DNA of 64,000 nucleotides from Zygnema circumcarinatum SAG 698-1b (Eukaryota; Plantae; Zygnematophyceae): NCBI GenBank assembly GCA_037447605.1, contig CM074821.1, positions 1,364,001 to 1,428,000 of the forward strand, read 5' to 3'. Shown piece by piece: positions 59,201 to 64,000 of this stretch (position 1 is its first letter; each line of letters starts with the position of its first letter). The notes under the pieces were generated by a model. It saw only the letters and a program-made list of their open reading frames with translations, ran no database searches and was not told where the DNA came from. The position numbers and the translations under genes were made by a program.

Positions 59201-61567
59201 ACAATCGAAAATTTGCTATACCTGATCAGAAGTGAGAGCAGGCTGGCCCTCCAAACGCTGCAATTTGAACTTGAGCACCAAGAAGCCACTTTGCCCCTTT
59301 TCCATTTTGTATTCGACTACCTGCAAGGAAAAAAACAATCCCTTCTGTAGCCATCACCACTGACGATTTAAACACACAATAAAACACCCNNNNNNNNNNC
59401 CCCTCCCCCCTCCCTCCCGCCCTCCTTGCCAGCCTGACTGCATGCCTGCCTGTCTCTCTTTTCTCTCTCTCTCTTTTCTCTCCCCCCCGTTAAGCTCTAA
59501 TTCTACATTATTGCACTCACCTTGTACATGCCATCGAAGGTGTATGTTTTGTTCTGACTGGATGTGAACTTCGTCTTATGACCCCGAAACACTCTCACTT
59601 GAGTTCCTGTCTCTATACAGTTCTGCACATGACGGAGAGAAAAGCACAATTCTAAATTCTTATAAAATGTGCCAGAAGTTTGAAGGGTCTTAGAACTCCT
59701 TCCTATGAGAGCATCGACTCATGCGTCAAGTTCATATAGAAGAACTTCCATGCTTACGCGCGTCTCATAGAGCAAATTAATTGTTAAGAAAAGGTGCATT
59801 CATGTTCAGAATCTACTCATTTTGTGAGTCCAAACATTGCCAACAAATGTTTTTTGCAAACATTTGTATGAGAAGGGCAAGTACCTTTAACGCAAGATTT
59901 CCAGACTTCATTTCTTGATCATCATATTGTGTTTTCCTGCCAAGCAAATCATTTTTTCCTTGCCCTGTGTACCAAATTTCTGTGCTGTAATCTTCATCAT
60001 CCTCATACTCGCCTGCCATTATGATGGCGATGCAAACCGACATGTTGAAGGGACTTTTCTGAAACCAAAACTCGGAGAGGGGTTAGATATAGGAAGGGGG
60101 AGGGAGGGAAAAGGCAAGGAAAAGGAGAATGGAAAAGGACAAAACTGAACATGGGTCAAACTCCCGTTACCTTTGCCGTGGGAGACAGTTTTTCCATGAG
60201 CAATTGGCGAGAGGGAGGGAGGGAAGGAGTGAGAGAGGGAGGCAGGGAGAGGGAGTGGCCGGGGCCGAGAGAGGGAGAGAGAGGGAGAGATTACAGCTGC
60301 TGTTATATAGTCGATGCCGGCGAGCCAATGGCTGTGCAGGCCCAATATGCAGAGCTCTGCCCGTGAAAAGAAGACATCCCCAGGAAGAATCCCTGTACCA
60401 AGAATCGATATGGAATCAGAATTTTATCTATCAGAATGACAGCAATGCCATTGCAACTATGTTCATGAAGGAGCAATTTCACAACGCAAGAAACGTTTCA
60501 ACGGAATCGAATTTCTGTTTCTGGATATTGCCCAGCAGTTGACCCTACCTCTTACGCGACCAATGGCTTTCTCTTCCTTTAAAAGAGTGACCCGTTCATC
60601 CTTCATCTGCACGCATTACAGCATCGAGCACTGTCAAGAAATCTTGAATCAAGATTCAAAAAAAAATTCAAAGTGCATTTTCTAAATAACAGCGATCTAT
60701 AGATTATACTGACAACTTCACTTTCTATGCACTTTGAGCACTTGAAAGAAGCCTAACTGAAGCCTCAAAAGAAAGGTTTACTCTTAACAGTCACCAACGT
60801 GAGCTCAAAGAGTTCATCACATAGATGAACTTGCAAACAAAGTTTTAAAACAAGGCAAAGAAAATCTGACTCACCCATTTCATGGCAACAAGGTCAGGTC
60901 GCCGCGCACGTCCTTTACTCGCTTTCTCACTGCAGTACTTCCTTTGGGCCAAAATGACTTCCTTTGTTCTTGGAAGCTCTTTTCGGCCTGCCACTCTGCT
61001 CTGAACCCTCCTTGAAGTCACCCCTTTTTCATTCACACGTTCGTCTTCCCCCTGCAAGCATCGCAGCATACAACGGAAAAACATTAAGTGGTCATTTAAC
61101 TAAACATGCACCTCCCGTTCCAAATAAACGGAGTTAAAGAGCCTTGTGTATGGTGCTAGTTCCAACACTGTTCAAGATTTCTTAATGGGAAAGGACGGTT
61201 ATTCACATTCCGGTCCAGAATGATAGGGTTTTAAGGGTTTTTCGAGGGGTTTCTATCTCTAGTTGCTGAGGAATGGCTAGAAACTCACTTTACAAGCGCG
61301 ATTATAGTATGAGTTGAACAGGTCCCGCGTCTGCTTCACGGCTTGGAAGTCTTCAGGTGAGTCTGAATCTCCAGCCAGATCAGTGGTAGTAACCAATGTC
61401 TGAGATAAGCTCGAGGAGGACTTATTCGCAATCCTTTTCTTCCCCCGCTCTTTCCCTTCATCTTCATCTTCGCAAATTCGCTTCTTGTTTGCAACCAATT
61501 CCGGCTCGCCGTCGCCAACATGAGCATTTTCAGCACGCGTTCTTCTTAATCTTGTGCACATTGCCAT
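56269..61567 (-). CDS. SUVH4: SUVH4/KRYPTONITE-like H3K9 methyltransferase (SRA/YDG, pre-SET, SET, post-SET), multi-exon
   Basis: RPDLVAMKW; GDVFFSRAELCILGLHSHWLAGIDY; IIMAGEYEDD..YTGQG..GNLALK; VRVFRGH..YTFDGMYK; FKLQRLEGQP; GCKCKSEC..CSC; ECGPNCQC..CINR; KGWAVRSWDYIPAG; GNVGRFFNHSCNPNL; ELTYDYGY..CYCGARNCSKRLY*. Confidence 0.92.
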
Positions 61568-62076
61568 GCTGCAAACGCAAAAAGAGCTAATCAGAGCTCC
61601 ACATTCAGACAAAAATTGCGTACATGGCAACCTGCAATGGGCTCCAGCTTCCCGTTGCAAGGTGCCAATGACTCGAGTCGAACAAGATTTAGACCAATCA
61701 CAGTATGCCACGTCAGGAAATTGCATACGTGGCAAAGCCTGACTGGCTTTCGCTTGAGTCGACCTTTTCGAGTCATCGCCGCCCCACGACGGATTCCGAC
61801 CCATCATGGGACATGAGACATGTGCGCTCAAACTTGCGTCACCCACAAATTTTGGGGTTCAGGTTAAGCACGGGCCCTGTAAGAAGGGTGACCCCAAAAT
61901 CATGGACCCAGACCCACCTACGCGATCCACTCTGTTCAACTTTTCAATATATGGTACAGTACAGCGTTCGTACACTATGGATCCAGTAAGTGGAATAAGA
62001 TCCACTGCGATGGAACGGACTGAGCTCAGAATTGCAGACAGGAGCTACCCTGGAGGACCATACATACATACATATA

Positions 62077-62108
<32 letters not shown>

Positions 62109-62549
62109 AGACGAAGAATAAATAAAAGAAGAAGTAGAATTAATAGGAGCTAACTTTCAGAAGCAAGACTAAATGTGATCTGTGTTGACAATCGCCACTC
62201 CACCTTCAGTTCATGTAAGCAAAGAAAAAGCCATAAAACTCCTGTTACTAGATCCAACAGCATTTTCTATTCATCACTGCCATGAAAGAAATTTGTCTGG
62301 CTGGCAGCTCTTGAAGAGGGCACGGACTCCCAAATCAGAATCGGTAATGCCTTGCACACACGCCTACCTTACAGAATAACTTATTTTCTGTAAGCCATGT
62401 CTGTGAAAAAAGGTACGAGAGGATGTTCAGAGCATAGAGCTGCAAGATCGTCCACCGAAAAGGCAAAAAGGCATCCATGTTATTATTTGTTTGAGCAACA
62501 ATCCAAAACGAGCTTCTCAACGGCTTGCTCTCTCCGCACTTCCCCTACC

Positions 62550-62948
62550 ATTGGACTCACCTTTTTCCGCTACCGCTTTTGAGAAACTGTCAATGTGCGA
62601 ATGTGAGTGTATGGCCTCACAGACTACAGGTGTGAGAGGGAAAGTAAGGGCTTGACGAAATGTTGCAAGAGCAAAGCCTCTCAGAGAGCTTAAAAGTGCT
62701 CCCTCTCTCCCTACCTCCCTCCCCCTCTCTCTCCCTCTCTCTTTCTCCCCCCTCTCTCGCCCTCCTCGAACTCTGCAGCGACCGGGCACAGCACCGTCGC
62801 AGTAAGTGGCCTGCATTGAGCATTGCCCAATTGAGGCCACGTAAGCGCAAGTCTACACGTGGCGAGTCGCCATTGGTAAAAACAATTGATCAATGGCGCG
62901 GGAAAGTTTCGCTTGCCGCCGCCGCTGGAATTGGAGCTGGCTGCTGCT

Positions 62949-62994
<46 letters not shown>

Positions 62995-63960
62995 AACGCG
63001 TGGGTCATTTTGAGGTGGTGCTTTTGGGAAAAAATTCTTGAGAAAGGCGCTAAAGTAGGAGAACATTCTTCAATATTTACGAAATTGGCAGGGCATAAAC
63101 AGTATACTGCCGTAAACGTCACTTCACTCAACAATCGCTGAAAAGTGCACAAAGATAGATAAGGGGGAATAGGAGAGTAAGCCTCTTTAAGAAATCCTCT
63201 ACTTTACCATCAATGTCTTTCAAAAGCTAATTGCTGTCAGTGTCCCCCATCACCTTTGTGAATAAGTGTCAAGCAACCAGCAGCTTCGGTAGGGTGAGAA
63301 TAGACCTCGCGCAGGCGATCAAGAGAGAGAGGAACCACAAAAGGCGAGGCACAATCTGCATTGTTCTTTATGAAGTTAAAACTGCAGAATTGTCAACCAT
63401 CGTCTCGTTTTGAAGCTCTATTCTCACACACGAGAATCACAAATGCAGGAAAATACATACAGAAGATGAAACACACGAAAAAACGAGAATACGAACGAAG
63501 AGTACAAAGCGGATCATCAGGCGAGGAGAGCAGGAAGCAAACAGACAGGTTGAGATGCACATATTTTTGATCCTCTTGCCAACATCGTCCTCAGGGTTGA
63601 GGCGGCAGATAATAAACTCCACTATACATCAGAATACGTTTCCAGAGACTATTAAAAACGAAAATTTAAAACCAGCATCATCACCGTCGATCGTCACATT
63701 ATCTGTCCGATTACATTTCCAATTACATTGACGAATGCGCAGGGAGCAGAACTCTCTTACGGTATACCCAATGGATCCGTCCCCTTGAAATGAACAATGT
63801 CGATGTAATCATACGTTTCAGCATGCAGCGTGACAGCTGGTGACAGATGGCATGTCTTTTTCTCAATACGTCCTGATGTGTAATACGTAAATTATGGTGT
63901 ACGTTAGGTCCCTTGAAAAGGGATCATCAATCTACTGATTGTTGTTGAAATTTGCAGGAG
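62550..63960 (-). CDS. Possible exons of an unidentified multi-exon gene
   Basis: Short AG...GT-bounded open segments (e.g. AVTLHAETYDYIDIVHFKGTDPL, DCASPFVVPLSLDRLREVYSHP). No family recognised and no consistent model could be built. Confidence 0.2.
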
Positions 63961-64000
63961 GGGAGGAAACGGAGAGTTCGGAGGAGAGGAAGCCTCTTCA

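Overview
Draft-assembly window (many 10-N gaps) from an intron-rich, plant-type nuclear genome. The (CT)n/(GA)n introns, degenerate TTTAGGG tracts and plant-like RCA/SUVH4/ADE2-type genes suggest a streptophyte alga; this is inference only. About 6-18.7 kb is a nest of LTR retroelements. A degenerate Ty3/gypsy element (minus strand) carries an intact Ty1/copia element (identical 384-bp LTRs, CTTCC TSD) in one LTR, a second gypsy element with an adenine-methylase-like domain in the other LTR, and a 134-bp tRNA-promoter-bearing insert with a 5-bp TSD in its gag. Spliced host genes: a plant MSP1/ATAD1-like AAA+ ATPase (+), a hypothetical protein (-), Rubisco activase (-), an Aa_trans amino-acid transporter (-), a PurE domain apparently spliced to an upstream BED zinc finger instead of PurK (+), and a SUVH4/KRYPTONITE H3K9 methyltransferase (-) followed by an inverted pseudogenised copy of its own last exon. 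Foldback/MITE-like remnants, GTAC and G-box arrays and interstitial telomere repeats fill the intergenic space. Most long ORFs in the supplied track are low-complexity artefacts. All alignments were done by eye and no database searches were run.
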